From IMG/VR virus record IMGVR_UViG_3300036805_000175, positions 1 through 64,000 of that record: 64,000 bases of DNA; one strand, written 5' to 3'. Positions within the stretch are counted from its first letter, which is position 1; every line of letters starts with the position of its first letter. The notes under the pieces were generated by a model. It saw only the letters and a list, made by a program, of their open reading frames with translations, had not been told where the DNA came from and did no database searches. Below, piece after piece: positions 44,829 to 53,962 of this stretch. The DNA comes from a virus (lineage: Duplodnaviria > Caudoviricetes). A program made the position numbers and the translations under genes.

Positions 44829-45363
44829 CGCCGTGCTGCTGATCACCGTCACGGCGGTGTTCATCTCACTGATCACTGTGGTGGCGATGCAGCGGGCGGC
44901 CTGGGAGAGAGGGAATACCGTGCCCCGGTTGCCCCGTAAGATCCCGCGCCCCATCGGCGCGTCCGGATCGCACATGCTGGTCATGGGACTCACCTACGCC
45001 ATCTACGCGCTGTCGCTGGTATTCCAGGGCATCCGCTGGCACCGCACACCCGCCTACCGCAACCTGCTGATCATCATGCCCACCGGCACATGGGGCGTGT
45101 TTTTCGGCGTGACAGCCGTTCTGCTGCTAGCCGGGGCCTTCTGGTCCCGGCCTCCGTGGCTGGCCTACACGGCGATCGTGCTGGCGGTCATGCTCACCTC
45201 CTCCTGGGATGTGGCATTCATCGTCCGCTGGGCGACCAGCTCCAGCACCACCCCGGAAACCTGGACGAGCTGGACCGTGTTCAACTACGTGCTCCTGCGC
45301 GCCGGGATTCTCATCGAGAGGGAGCGCGGCCGGCCGGCCTTCCTGCCCGGTGCCGATGGCTAG
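44818..45363 (+). CDS. Multi-pass membrane protein
   Basis: About 5 hydrophobic segments. Confidence 0.6.
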   Translation: MSGNAVLLITVTAVFISLITVVAMQRAAWERGNTVPRLPRKIPRPIGASGSHMLVMGLTYAIYALSLVFQGIRWHRTPAYRNLLIIMPTGTWGVFFGVTAVLLLAGAFWSRPPWLAYTAIVLAVMLTSSWDVAFIVRWATSSSTTPETWTSWTVFNYVLLRAGILIERERGRPAFLPGADG

Positions 45364-45718
45364 CCCGGAAGTCCTCACCGAGTGGCTCGCCGTGGGCTTC
45401 GCCGCTGTCGGCGCTGTCGTCGCCGTCGTGACGGTACGGCGCCAGTCCCGCAAGGACGCCACCCGCGAGGAACAGGACCGCGACGCCACCGACGTCGCGT
45501 CCTGGACAAGCCTGAACACCGCTCTCGACAGGGAGATCCAGCGGTTGCACGCCGAGCAGGACCGGATGCGCGAGAACTCGGAGCGCAAACTGCGCCAGCA
45601 GCGGGAGGACTACGAGCAGCAGCTGACCGTGGCGAACGCGCGGATAGCCGAACTGGAACGGGACGTGGAGAGCCTGCGGCGGCTGCTCCGGCCACCGGGC
45701 GGCGGCGCGGGCCAGTGA
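45356..45718 (+). CDS. TM + coiled-coil lysis-cassette protein
   Basis: N-terminal TM then a heptad coiled coil. Confidence 0.6.
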   Translation: MASPEVLTEWLAVGFAAVGAVVAVVTVRRQSRKDATREEQDRDATDVASWTSLNTALDREIQRLHAEQDRMRENSERKLRQQREDYEQQLTVANARIAELERDVESLRRLLRPPGGGAGQ

Positions 45719-46089
45719 GCACCGACCCGCTGCTGCTGCTGATGCTCGCGGTGTCCTGCGCCAGCCTCATCCTGCAAAGCGCCGCCCTCGCTCACCTGTG
45801 GCGGCAGCAGGCCTCCTATGACGCCGAGCGGCGGGCCGGCCGCGGCTACGTCCGCACCGCCGCCTGCCGGGTCCTGGCCGCCTGCATCTACACCGCAGCC
45901 GCGGCCCTGGGCGTGGCCCGGGTGCGCATCCCCGGTGCCGGCATCCTCGGCCCCGAGGCGCTGGTCGTCTTTACGGTGGTCCAGGCGATCTGGCTGGCCA
46001 ATTCCGCGATGGACATCCGGGTCCGGCAACTGCTGCGCAAGCGTGGCAGCAACCTGTCCGCAGATGCGGAGCGGCTACGGGAATCGTGA
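45715..46089 (+). CDS. Membrane protein
   Basis: 3 hydrophobic segments. Confidence 0.55.
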   Translation: MSTDPLLLLMLAVSCASLILQSAALAHLWRQQASYDAERRAGRGYVRTAACRVLAACIYTAAAALGVARVRIPGAGILGPEALVVFTVVQAIWLANSAMDIRVRQLLRKRGSNLSADAERLRES

Positions 46090-46101
46090 GGGAGCCAGCC
46101 C

Positions 46102-46419
46102 GTGTCCGGGATACCCGTCGAGCTCGTCATCACCGGCGGCGTGGTGCAGCTCCAGAAATGCGGCCTGTACGCCCACGCTGTACCGATTCTCAACAGCCAC
46201 CACGTTTGCCCGGAGTCCTGGTGGCTGGCCGCCGGGAAGCCTGTTGCCTCCCCGTTGTTCAGCCTCTGCCCGGACTGCCACGAAGCGGTGCATGTGGCGA
46301 TCGACGCCCAGATCCGGGGCCTGGGCACCTCGCTGCTGCCGCCGCGGTGCGTGAAGCTCGCCGCTGAGGCGTTCCCCATCGCCGAAGCGAACGGGCTCAC
46401 CCCGGCACTGACCCTGTAG
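46102..46419 (+). CDS. HNH-like small protein
   Basis: SHHVCPESW...LCPDCHEAVH. Confidence 0.55.
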   Translation: MSGIPVELVITGGVVQLQKCGLYAHAVPILNSHHVCPESWWLAAGKPVASPLFSLCPDCHEAVHVAIDAQIRGLGTSLLPPRCVKLAAEAFPIAEANGLTPALTL

Positions 46420-46434
46420 GAAGGAAACCAGAAC

Positions 46435-47376
46435 GTGACGACAGCCACCGCCGGCTACACCATCTACCGGCAGCACATCCCCGAGCACGTCGTGCCGGGC
46501 AAGCGGCTCGGCCGGCACATCCGGGTGGACTCCCGGTCGGCCGCCTACCGGTACCAGCACTCCGGCCGCGCCGCGGCCGGGCAGGTGCTGCTGGACCGGG
46601 CCATCGCCATCCTGGATCAGGGCGACCTCGGGTCGTGCACGGGAAATGCGGAAACCGGCGCGCTGGGCACCGCCCCCTGCTTCGGTGTGCTGCCCGCAGG
46701 CAAGACGTGGAAGACGGCACTGAATGAGACCTTCGCGGTCGGCGTCTATTCCGACGCGGAAAAGCTCGACGGTGGCACCGGCTACCCGCCGGAGGACGAG
46801 GGCTCGGACGGCACGTCGGTAATGACGGTCGCGCTGAAGCGGGGGCTGATCTCCGGGTTCACCCACGCGATGACCGTCGCCGAGGTCAGCGATGCAGTGC
46901 AGTCCGGCTACCCGGTCATCATCGGCGCCTACTGGTATGACAGCTTCGACACCCCGGATTCCTCCGGCGTGATCCAGCTGGCCAAGGGGGCGCAGGTCCG
47001 CGGCGGCCACGAATGGCTGCTGCGCGGTGACGACCCGGACGCTCAGCAGTTCCGTGCCGACAACTCCTGGGGCACGTCGTGGGGCGCGGCAGGCTCGTTC
47101 ACGGTGCCCTACGCCGTGCTGGACAGGCTGCTCGGCGAGCAGGGCGACGGGCAGGTGCCAGTCCCGCTGACCGACCCGGCACCCACCCCGCAGCCCACGC
47201 CCACGCCATCACCGACCCCGGCGCCCACGCCTGGGCCGCTGCCGGCGGACGTGGCCACCTACCTGGCCGACCCGGAACTGGCCGACTGGGCCGCCCGCAA
47301 CCATGTGGGGGAGAACCGGTACGCCGCCAGGGCATACACGGCACTGAAGGACGCTTACCCGGCCGCCAAGATGTAG
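46435..47376 (+). CDS. Papain-family (C1) cysteine peptidase
   Basis: DQGDLGSCTGNA (Gln/Cys), RGGHEWLL (His), NSWGTSWG (Asn). Confidence 0.88.
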   Translation: MTTATAGYTIYRQHIPEHVVPGKRLGRHIRVDSRSAAYRYQHSGRAAAGQVLLDRAIAILDQGDLGSCTGNAETGALGTAPCFGVLPAGKTWKTALNETFAVGVYSDAEKLDGGTGYPPEDEGSDGTSVMTVALKRGLISGFTHAMTVAEVSDAVQSGYPVIIGAYWYDSFDTPDSSGVIQLAKGAQVRGGHEWLLRGDDPDAQQFRADNSWGTSWGAAGSFTVPYAVLDRLLGEQGDGQVPVPLTDPAPTPQPTPTPSPTPAPTPGPLPADVATYLADPELADWAARNHVGENRYAARAYTALKDAYPAAKM

Positions 47377-47396
47377 CCTGCGATACGCCAAGACAC

Positions 47397-47444
47397 AGCA
47401 CCGCCCCGGCTGGTCCTTCGGGACCGGGCCGGGGCGGTGCTTTT
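47397..47444 (+). terminator. Rho-independent terminator ending the late operon
   Basis: AGCACCGCCCCGGC-TGGTCC-TTCG-GGACC-GG-GCCGGGGCGGTGCT-TTT; cUUCGg loop; between convergent genes. Confidence 0.9.
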
Positions 47445-47458
47445 GCGTTGCCCCAGGC

Positions 47459-47815
47459 TCAGTGGGTGAAGCCGCAGGTGGCGTCGAGCGGCCGGGTGAT
47501 GGTGGCAGCCTGTTTCGCCCAGTTGGCAGCCTCGGTGACCGCGTGCACGCTGCTGTCCGATATGGGGCCGTTCTCGCGGGCCTGCCAGGAGGCCATCTGC
47601 CCGGCGGCGTGCGCGAACGTGGCCAGCTGCGGCTCATGCCAGCGGGTGGCGGCCTGGGTGAGGATGGCGGTGCGGTGGGCCTGGGTGAGGGGAGAGTGCT
47701 CGGCGGTGTGCAGCGCCGGGCACCAGCCGGGCGGGCCGCCGCCACATGCGGTGAGGGCTGCTGCGGCGATGAGGGCGGCGGCGAGAGCGGCGCAGGCCCG
47801 CAGGAGCGTCTTCAC
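47459..47815 (-). CDS. Lipoprotein
   Basis: MKTLLRACAALAAALIAAAALTAC lipobox. Confidence 0.75.
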   Translation of the reverse strand: MKTLLRACAALAAALIAAAALTACGGGPPGWCPALHTAEHSPLTQAHRTAILTQAATRWHEPQLATFAHAAGQMASWQARENGPISDSSVHAVTEAANWAKQAATITRPLDATCGFTH

Positions 47816-48093
47816 CGGTGCTTCGCCTTGCGGCGGGGATGCCTGGCGAGCTCGGCCCGGGCGTAGGTGCCCACCCCGGCCTCATCCAGCACCGCCAGCA
47901 GCTCGGCGTCCTTGTCCCGCAGGCGGGCGCGGCGGGCCGGCCGGTAGGCGGTGACCGGGCCGGCACCCGTGGAGACGCCGTCACCGCCGGGCCCCGTCCA
48001 TACCCGCAGCCACCGCGGGCCCAAACCAGCACGCAGCCCGCGCCGGCTGATCCTCAGCCGCAGGCCCCGGGCCGGCCACAGGTACACGCTCAT
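47812..48093 (-). CDS. Hypothetical protein with C-terminal HTH-like motif
   Basis: GAGTT/GGGAG RBS; LLAVLDEAGVGTYARAELARHP. Confidence 0.5.
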   Translation of the reverse strand: MSVYLWPARGLRLRISRRGLRAGLGPRWLRVWTGPGGDGVSTGAGPVTAYRPARRARLRDKDAELLAVLDEAGVGTYARAELARHPRRKAKHR

Positions 48094-48267
48094 CGGAAAC
48101 TCCCTCCCCGTGTCAGTTAGACGAACGAGCGGCCCGCAGGTTTACCGCGCGCCGTAATCGATTTGGCAGCCAGCGCCGGCCGAACCTGGGGCAGGCGCAC
48201 AGGGCACAATCCGTGGCAGCCCGGTAATGTTCGTGGGCGTCTCGCTGGTGACCGCAGTGGCGGCAGT

Positions 48268-48579
48268 TCATGACTCGCCAGCCTCCCGGGTCGGCCCGTA
48301 CTTCGCGTCCAGGCGTGCCAGGCGGAGATCCTCGTCCTGGCGCATCTCGCTGACCAGCCGGGCACGCAAGCCGTGCAACTGCCGCATCATCCTGTCGATG
48401 TCCTCAACCGCATCGTGGCCGCCCTTGATCGCCTCGGCGGGGCGATCACCCAGCGGCGGGATCCGGTGGCACCCGGGGGTGGGCGGGTTCTCGTAGCCGA
48501 GATCCGCCCATACCCCGACATGCCAGTTGATCAGTCCGGCCAGTTCCACAAGGCCGGCCGACGGGTCGGGGGCGGTCAT
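48268..48579 (-). CDS. Hypothetical protein
   Basis: ATGA-coupled ORF. Confidence 0.5.
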   Translation of the reverse strand: MTAPDPSAGLVELAGLINWHVGVWADLGYENPPTPGCHRIPPLGDRPAEAIKGGHDAVEDIDRMMRQLHGLRARLVSEMRQDEDLRLARLDAKYGPTREAGES

Positions 48580-48974
48580 GGCTGGCCGTCCTCAGGTACC
48601 TCAATGGCGATGACGGGCTTGCCGGGAGCCATGCGCTCAAGTTCGGCAAACGGATTCATGTGCATGTGATCCTCAGGGGCGAGCGGGGTCACGTCACGGG
48701 TCTCGCCGTGCTCAGCAACGACACCGGCCAGCCACTCCGCTACCGCCTCCTCGCCGCTGAACTCTTCCGGGACTTCGACTGCGGCAAGATCGGGGAAGTG
48801 CTCGCGCAGCGACGGGGCGCACTCGTCCATGGCGCGCGGCAGCTGGTGGGTGAACAGATTGTCGCCGGTCATGAAGTTGCAGATGTCGTAGACGCCGTCC
48901 ACGTGGCGTGGCGAGACGAGCCTGCCCGTGGTGACGGTCAGGATGTCCCCGACGTGGAAACTGCGGGTTGTCAC
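48576..48974 (-). CDS. Conserved actinophage hypothetical protein
   Basis: FHVGDILTVTTGRLVS...MTGDNLFTHQLPRA; start at GTG about 48974. Confidence 0.6.
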   Translation of the reverse strand: MTTRSFHVGDILTVTTGRLVSPRHVDGVYDICNFMTGDNLFTHQLPRAMDECAPSLREHFPDLAAVEVPEEFSGEEAVAEWLAGVVAEHGETRDVTPLAPEDHMHMNPFAELERMAPGKPVIAIEVPEDGQP

Positions 48975-49186
48975 TCCACCACCTCCAGTAACTCCGGGTG
49001 ATGCGCGCACACCAGGACCGGTGCCCCGGAGGGTGTGTGGCCGATGGTCACCGCGTCGCACGCGAGGTGGCTGCGGCAGTTGCGGACGGCACAGCGGCGG
49101 CCGTTGCGCTGGGCGCGGGTCAGGGAACGCGGGTCGATGACGGGGGCACTCGTGGGAGCGCGTACGCTCCCGCTGGTCAAGGCCAT
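48971..49186 (-). CDS. Small Cys/His protein divergent from integrase (possible RDF)
   Basis: LTRAQRNGRRCAVRNC...VCAHH. Confidence 0.5.
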   Translation of the reverse strand: MALTSGSVRAPTSAPVIDPRSLTRAQRNGRRCAVRNCRSHLACDAVTIGHTPSGAPVLVCAHHPELLEVVE

Positions 49187-49233
49187 GTCTGTAATTAGAC
49201 ACCGCTGGATACCAGTGTGTCAATATAGACAGC
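49187..49233. promoter_or_regulatory. Divergent promoter region with imperfect dyad (possible att/operator)
   Basis: Minus strand TTGACA (49223-49218), 18 nt, TCTAAT (49199-49194), ATG 7 nt downstream; dyad GACAC..CTGG-ATA-CCAG.GTGTC. Confidence 0.5.
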
Positions 49234-50730
49234 ATGACAGGTTACCTCTGGGGCATCTACACACGCATCTCTGACGCCCGGCGCGATAAGCGCGAAGGCG
49301 CGGACCGGGGTGTCGCACGGCAGGAGAAGGAGGTCCGGGAACGGATCACCGAGATTGACCCGGCCGCTGTGGTCGTGGCCGTCTTCACCGACAATGACAA
49401 GTCAGCCTACAGCGGCAAGCCGCGCCCGGCCTATGACGCGCTGCTCAGCGCCGTCCGCGAGGGCCGCGTTAACGCCATCTGCGCCTGGCACACCGACCGG
49501 CTGCACCGCTCCCCGGCCGAACTTGAGCACTACATCAACATTACGCAGGATGTGCCGACGTACACGGTGAAGGCCGGGATGCTCGACCTGTCCACCGCCT
49601 CGGGCCGGATGACCGCCCGCATCCTCGGAGCCGTCGCGCGGCACGAGTCCGAGCACAAGGCCGAGCGCATCCTGTCCAAGCACCGCGAGCTTGCTGCGGC
49701 GGGCAGGTCCACCGGGGGAGGGTTCCGGCCCTACGGCTACGTGCGCGTCTACGACCGCCCGGAACTCCCGCACCGGATCATCCGCGAGGACATCGTCCCG
49801 GAGGAAGCGGAGATCATCCGCGAGTGCGCCCGGCGCATCCTCGGCGGAGAGGGCCTGTACACCGTCGTAAATGACCTGAACGCCCGCGGCATCCCCACTT
49901 CGGCCGGTGCCCGGTGGTCCACCAGGAGCCTGGCACGGATGCTCGCCTCGGCGCGCATCGCCGGGCAGCGCGAGCACCGGCCACGCGGCCGGGACGAGAT
50001 CAAGCGCGCACTCACCGGCGAGGTCACCGCCACCGGCAAGTGGGCGCCCATCATCTCCGTGCCCCAGTCCGAGGCCCTGCGGAACAAGCTCAATGACACA
50101 GAGCGCCGCACATCCCCGGGGCGCACGGGGCGCTACCTGTGCGCCGGGGGAGTGCTGGTGTGCGGCCAGTGCGGCAAGAAGCTGAGCGGGCGGTCGCGCG
50201 GCGCGGGGAAGGGGGCGATGTACAGCTGCGTCGGCCACCAGGGCGGGGAGCCGTGCTGCGGGCGCATCCACGTCGACGCCCCCGGTGCCGACTACGTGGT
50301 CACCGGGTGGGTGTCGGTGCGGCTGGCGCGCCCGGCCTACCGGGAATGGCTGGAGCGCCGCGACGACAAGCCGGACGAGAGCAAGCTGCGGGCCGAGCTC
50401 GACGAGGTCCGGGAGAAAGAGAAGGAACTGGCCGCCGACTGGGCGGAGGGCAGGATCGGCAGCGCGGAGCGGTTCAAGTCCCGCGACACGCTCGAGGCCA
50501 GGGCCGCCCGCATTCAGGCGCAGCTGTCCCGGGCCAGCGCCACGCTCGTGCTGGACGGCATCCCGCCGGGCCCGGCGGACCTGCAGGCGTGGCTGCTGGA
50601 CGGCGCGGTGCCCGTGGCGCGGCGGCGCGCGGTCGTCCTCGCCGTGCTGGAGAAGGTCACCGTCTCACCCGCAGTCAAGGGGCGCGGGCGGTTCGACCCT
50701 GAGCGGCTGGACCCCCGGTGGAAGGCGTGA
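49234..50730 (+). CDS. int: Large serine recombinase (integrase)
   Basis: YTRIS catalytic Ser, FTDNDKSAY, TDRLHR, recombinase domain, Zn ribbon CGQCG...YSC...C, coiled coil. Confidence 0.95.
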   Translation: MTGYLWGIYTRISDARRDKREGADRGVARQEKEVRERITEIDPAAVVVAVFTDNDKSAYSGKPRPAYDALLSAVREGRVNAICAWHTDRLHRSPAELEHYINITQDVPTYTVKAGMLDLSTASGRMTARILGAVARHESEHKAERILSKHRELAAAGRSTGGGFRPYGYVRVYDRPELPHRIIREDIVPEEAEIIRECARRILGGEGLYTVVNDLNARGIPTSAGARWSTRSLARMLASARIAGQREHRPRGRDEIKRALTGEVTATGKWAPIISVPQSEALRNKLNDTERRTSPGRTGRYLCAGGVLVCGQCGKKLSGRSRGAGKGAMYSCVGHQGGEPCCGRIHVDAPGADYVVTGWVSVRLARPAYREWLERRDDKPDESKLRAELDEVREKEKELAADWAEGRIGSAERFKSRDTLEARAARIQAQLSRASATLVLDGIPPGPADLQAWLLDGAVPVARRRAVVLAVLEKVTVSPAVKGRGRFDPERLDPRWKA

Positions 50731-51227
50731 ACACGGTGGACTCCTGGGAAGACCGCCACCGCTCCGAGACGGCACTTTACCGCTACTACGACCGCGGCGG
50801 CTGCCTGCTGTACCTCGGGATCGCAGCGAACGCCCGGGCGCGGATGTTCCAGCACGCGCTCTGCGCTCCGTGGTTCGCCCAGGCGGCAGCCGTGAGCACG
50901 GAATACTTCACCAGCAGGGAAGATGCGGCTGCCGCCGAGACCGCTGCCATCGGGCGCGAACTACCACTGTGGAACCGTACCGGGCCAGGAGGCAAGATCG
51001 TCCAGCAGTTGACGGCACTGTGGGCCGGGGCGCCGCTTAACCGCCGGGGCGAAGATGGGCGCCTGACCGAAGACGCGAGGCTTGACCTCGCGAACCGCGT
51101 CCGCAGGCGGCGGCAGTTCGCGCGGCATCTTGCCTGCGACTGGTGCGTATCGCACATCGTGCACGAACTGGGCTCACAAGACTGGCGCGCTGTCGCGACC
51201 GAAGGTGGTGCACCACCCGGGCCATAG
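50727..51227 (+). CDS. GIY-YIG-family nuclease-like protein
   Basis: TALYRYYDRGGCLLYLGIA...RMFQH...AAAAETAAIGRELPLWN. Confidence 0.75.
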   Translation: MNTVDSWEDRHRSETALYRYYDRGGCLLYLGIAANARARMFQHALCAPWFAQAAAVSTEYFTSREDAAAAETAAIGRELPLWNRTGPGGKIVQQLTALWAGAPLNRRGEDGRLTEDARLDLANRVRRRRQFARHLACDWCVSHIVHELGSQDWRAVATEGGAPPGP

Positions 51228-51314
51228 GGAGGCCAGAACCACCGGGACATAATCCCGATTGCCCCTTCCGCGCGCCTCCAGCCGGTAGAGGATAATGCAC
51301 GTTATACTGGTGTC

Positions 51315-51587
51315 ATGCGGCGACTGCTTACCATCGACGGGCATGCCCGGAGACTTGATGACGGATTCGAGAGTGACCTGAAGGTTGCAGTACCGGGCCG
51401 GTGGATCCGCGGTGGCCTCTTCTATGGCTCCGCGCCTGGTTCCCACATGATGGGCAGGCACATGGCATTCTGGCGGACCCAGTGGGGCGGCATGCATGGG
51501 TGGAACTTCCGCTTCGGCCGGTGGCCGGAGCCGTGCATCACCATGCTCCTGCACACCCGGCCCACCCGCCAAGGCGAGCCACAATGA
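51315..51587 (+). CDS. Hypothetical protein (likely leaderless; TATACT at 51303-51308)
   Basis: Trp/Gly-rich ORF; ATGA overlap with the recombinase. Confidence 0.45.
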   Translation: MRRLLTIDGHARRLDDGFESDLKVAVPGRWIRGGLFYGSAPGSHMMGRHMAFWRTQWGGMHGWNFRFGRWPEPCITMLLHTRPTRQGEPQ

Positions 51588-52585
51588 CCGGTGCCAAACT
51601 CGTCCCCGTCCACCGGGCCGCATTCTGGCTCACCGCCGGACCCCGCGATGCGTCCCGTCTCGCCACCCTGACGGCCACGTGGCTGGCCCGCCGTGCGGAG
51701 AGCACCCAGCGCGAGTACCGCAAAGACCTCGGCCACTGGATGGACTGGTGCGACCGCTGCGGAGTCTCGCCCTTGTCGGCGCGCATGGTGCACATGGACG
51801 CCTGGATCGCATGGCAGCGCCAGAACGGCATCAGCGGCAGCGGCAAGCCCGCGGCCGAGGCCAGCATCGCCCGCCGCGTCGCCTGCATCTCGTCCTGGTA
51901 CAAGTACCTGATCCGCAACACGAAGGACGACCCGGCCCCGCTGGTGACCACCAACCCGGCGGACACCGACGGGCGCCCTGACATCGACCCTGACAACTCC
52001 ACGACGGTAGGGCTGAGTACTGCCGAGGCTGACCGGCTCATCGCTGCAGCGGACACTGAGGGGCCGCGCACGTCGGCCCTGATCCGGCTGCTGCTCTACG
52101 GCGGCCTGCGGTGCGGGTCGGCCATCGGCGCGGACGTGGCCGACCTCGGGCACGACTCCGGGTTCCGGATCCTGACGGTCCGGATGAAAGGCAGGAAGGT
52201 CCGGCGCGTGCCCATCCCGCCGTCGCTGGGCGATGCGCTCGACGCGATGCTCGCGGAGCGGGGGAACCCTGCCGGGGGGCCGCTGTTCGCCACCCGGACC
52301 GGTGAGCGCCTGGGTGAGCCGTACCTCTACGTGCTGGTGCAGCGGCTGGCCCGCACCGCGCGGATTCCCTCAGCCGGGAATCTCTCCCCGCACTCGCTGC
52401 GCCACACCTTCGCCACCGACTACCTGAACGCTGGCGGCAACCTGCGTGACCTCCAGGACGCGATGGGGCACGCCGACCCGCGGACCACCCGGCGCTATGA
52501 CCGGTCGCGGCACAACCTCGACCGGCATCCGGCTCATGTGCTCGCCACGCGCTACGGCGCACGGCCAGCCGAATCGAACGGCTGA
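51584..52585 (+). CDS. Tyrosine recombinase (Xer/resolvase-like)
   Basis: SAM-like N domain; GLRCGS (R), RMKGRK, SPHSLRHTFAT, MGHADPRTTRRYD (Y). Confidence 0.93.
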   Translation: MTGAKLVPVHRAAFWLTAGPRDASRLATLTATWLARRAESTQREYRKDLGHWMDWCDRCGVSPLSARMVHMDAWIAWQRQNGISGSGKPAAEASIARRVACISSWYKYLIRNTKDDPAPLVTTNPADTDGRPDIDPDNSTTVGLSTAEADRLIAAADTEGPRTSALIRLLLYGGLRCGSAIGADVADLGHDSGFRILTVRMKGRKVRRVPIPPSLGDALDAMLAERGNPAGGPLFATRTGERLGEPYLYVLVQRLARTARIPSAGNLSPHSLRHTFATDYLNAGGNLRDLQDAMGHADPRTTRRYDRSRHNLDRHPAHVLATRYGARPAESNG

Positions 52586-52649
52586 ACCTACCCGCCCTCC
52601 CGGGACAGGAACTCCTGTGCCTGCGCCCACGCGATCTCCTGTGCCTCCG

Positions 52650-52952
52650 TCAGCCATCGGTGCTCCCCTCCCCCAGCAGGGCAGCCGAGACAGCCTCAAC
52701 GGTCGGGCAGGGCCACTTGTAAGTGCATTCGGCGCACTTGGCCACCAGGATGCTTCCCGGCATTGAGTGGTGCAGCGCCAGAACTGCGTCAGCGACGGCA
52801 AGGAGCCGGGGCACGTCGGCAAGCGCAAGCTGATCCGAGGCAGACCGCCGGCTCGAAGCCCGTGCTGGATGAAGGTCCGGGCCGGGATCTGCGGCGACCT
52901 CATAGCGTTCCCGGATCCCGTCCAGGGCTGCGGTCACGTCTGCGTCAGGCAT
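52650..52952 (-). CDS. Hypothetical phage protein
   Basis: VPRLLAV...CAECTYKWPCPT. Confidence 0.55.
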   Translation of the reverse strand: MPDADVTAALDGIRERYEVAADPGPDLHPARASSRRSASDQLALADVPRLLAVADAVLALHHSMPGSILVAKCAECTYKWPCPTVEAVSAALLGEGSTDG

Positions 52953-53241
52953 CCTTCGTCTCCTCGTGCACTGCGGGGTATTCCAGGGTCAGGTGACGTT
53001 CGCTGGCCAGCACGGCACACGCCGGGCAGAGGACCGGGGTGCCCTCCCGCATCACGATCACAACCGGCTGGACGCTGCGGACCCGCTTCGTGCAGATCGC
53101 GGCGAGCGGTGTCCCGATGCCGGTGAACCGGTGGCTGGGGCCGGGCCAGGACATCGGCTCCAGCAGGGTGGGCGGGACCATGGCCACGTGGGTGATCTTG
53201 TAGCCGAAGCCGGATACGACGACAGGAATGGGGTCAGGCAT
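52945..53241 (-). CDS. Hypothetical protein
   Basis: Coupled ORF, CPAC motif. Confidence 0.5.
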   Translation of the reverse strand: MPDPIPVVVSGFGYKITHVAMVPPTLLEPMSWPGPSHRFTGIGTPLAAICTKRVRSVQPVVIVMREGTPVLCPACAVLASERHLTLEYPAVHEETKDA

Positions 53242-53716
53242 CGGGCCGCTCTCCCAGGTACGCGCGGGCCACGGCGAGCGGGTACCTCTCCATCACCGGG
53301 TCGGACTGCGGGAACACCTGGGCATCGATCAGCGCGGCCTCGCGCTCCAGCCAGTCAGCGACGGCCAGGGCCACGGCAGGATGCCAGGAGGCGACGTGCT
53401 CGGCAGCCGGCCTGTAGGCCGTGCATCCCGCGAGACCCTCGCACACGCCGTCGATGACGATGCCTTTGCCGTGCTCAAGCTGGCCACTCAGCGTGTTGCC
53501 GGCCTCGTCCTGCACAAAGCCAACGGCCCACGAACTATCCTTCTCCCCGGTCATCTCCCATGCCCATGGCCCTGGCGCGATCTTCTCGGCGTGCTCCCTC
53601 ATTAGCTTGGCCGCAGCCCTGAGTTCGGTTGCGGGGGTAACTGGATCAGCTCCTCGCTGTTCGGCACGAAAGGCGGCGGGACTGAACCCTCCTGGCCTGT
53701 TGTCGCGGTCAGTCAT
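53234..53716 (-). CDS. Ead/Ea22-like phage protein
   Basis: ELRAAAKLMRE...PGPW...AEHVASWHPAVALAVADWLE. Confidence 0.55.
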   Translation of the reverse strand: MTDRDNRPGGFSPAAFRAEQRGADPVTPATELRAAAKLMREHAEKIAPGPWAWEMTGEKDSSWAVGFVQDEAGNTLSGQLEHGKGIVIDGVCEGLAGCTAYRPAAEHVASWHPAVALAVADWLEREAALIDAQVFPQSDPVMERYPLAVARAYLGERPDA

Positions 53717-53960
53717 CGGGCTTCTCCCCCTCGGTGCGTTCTCCGGGCTCGTCGTAGTGCAGCGTGACCGTGATGGCCACCTCGTCACCGCTGGCGAGGT
53801 CGAACAGCATCTCGGGCAGGTGCCGGGCGCAGGTCTCGGCAGGACTCCAGCCTTCTACGGCGTCGCCGTCGGCGCGCTCCAGGCGGTAGCGGGAGCGATC
53901 GCCACACTCGGTCGGCCCGTCCATGTGCTCGACGTACATCTCGCAGCGTGGAATGGCCAT
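53709..53960 (-). CDS. Hypothetical protein
   Basis: Coupled ORF. Confidence 0.45.
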   Translation of the reverse strand: MAIPRCEMYVEHMDGPTECGDRSRYRLERADGDAVEGWSPAETCARHLPEMLFDLASGDEVAITVTLHYDEPGERTEGEKPDD

Positions 53961-53962
53961 CG

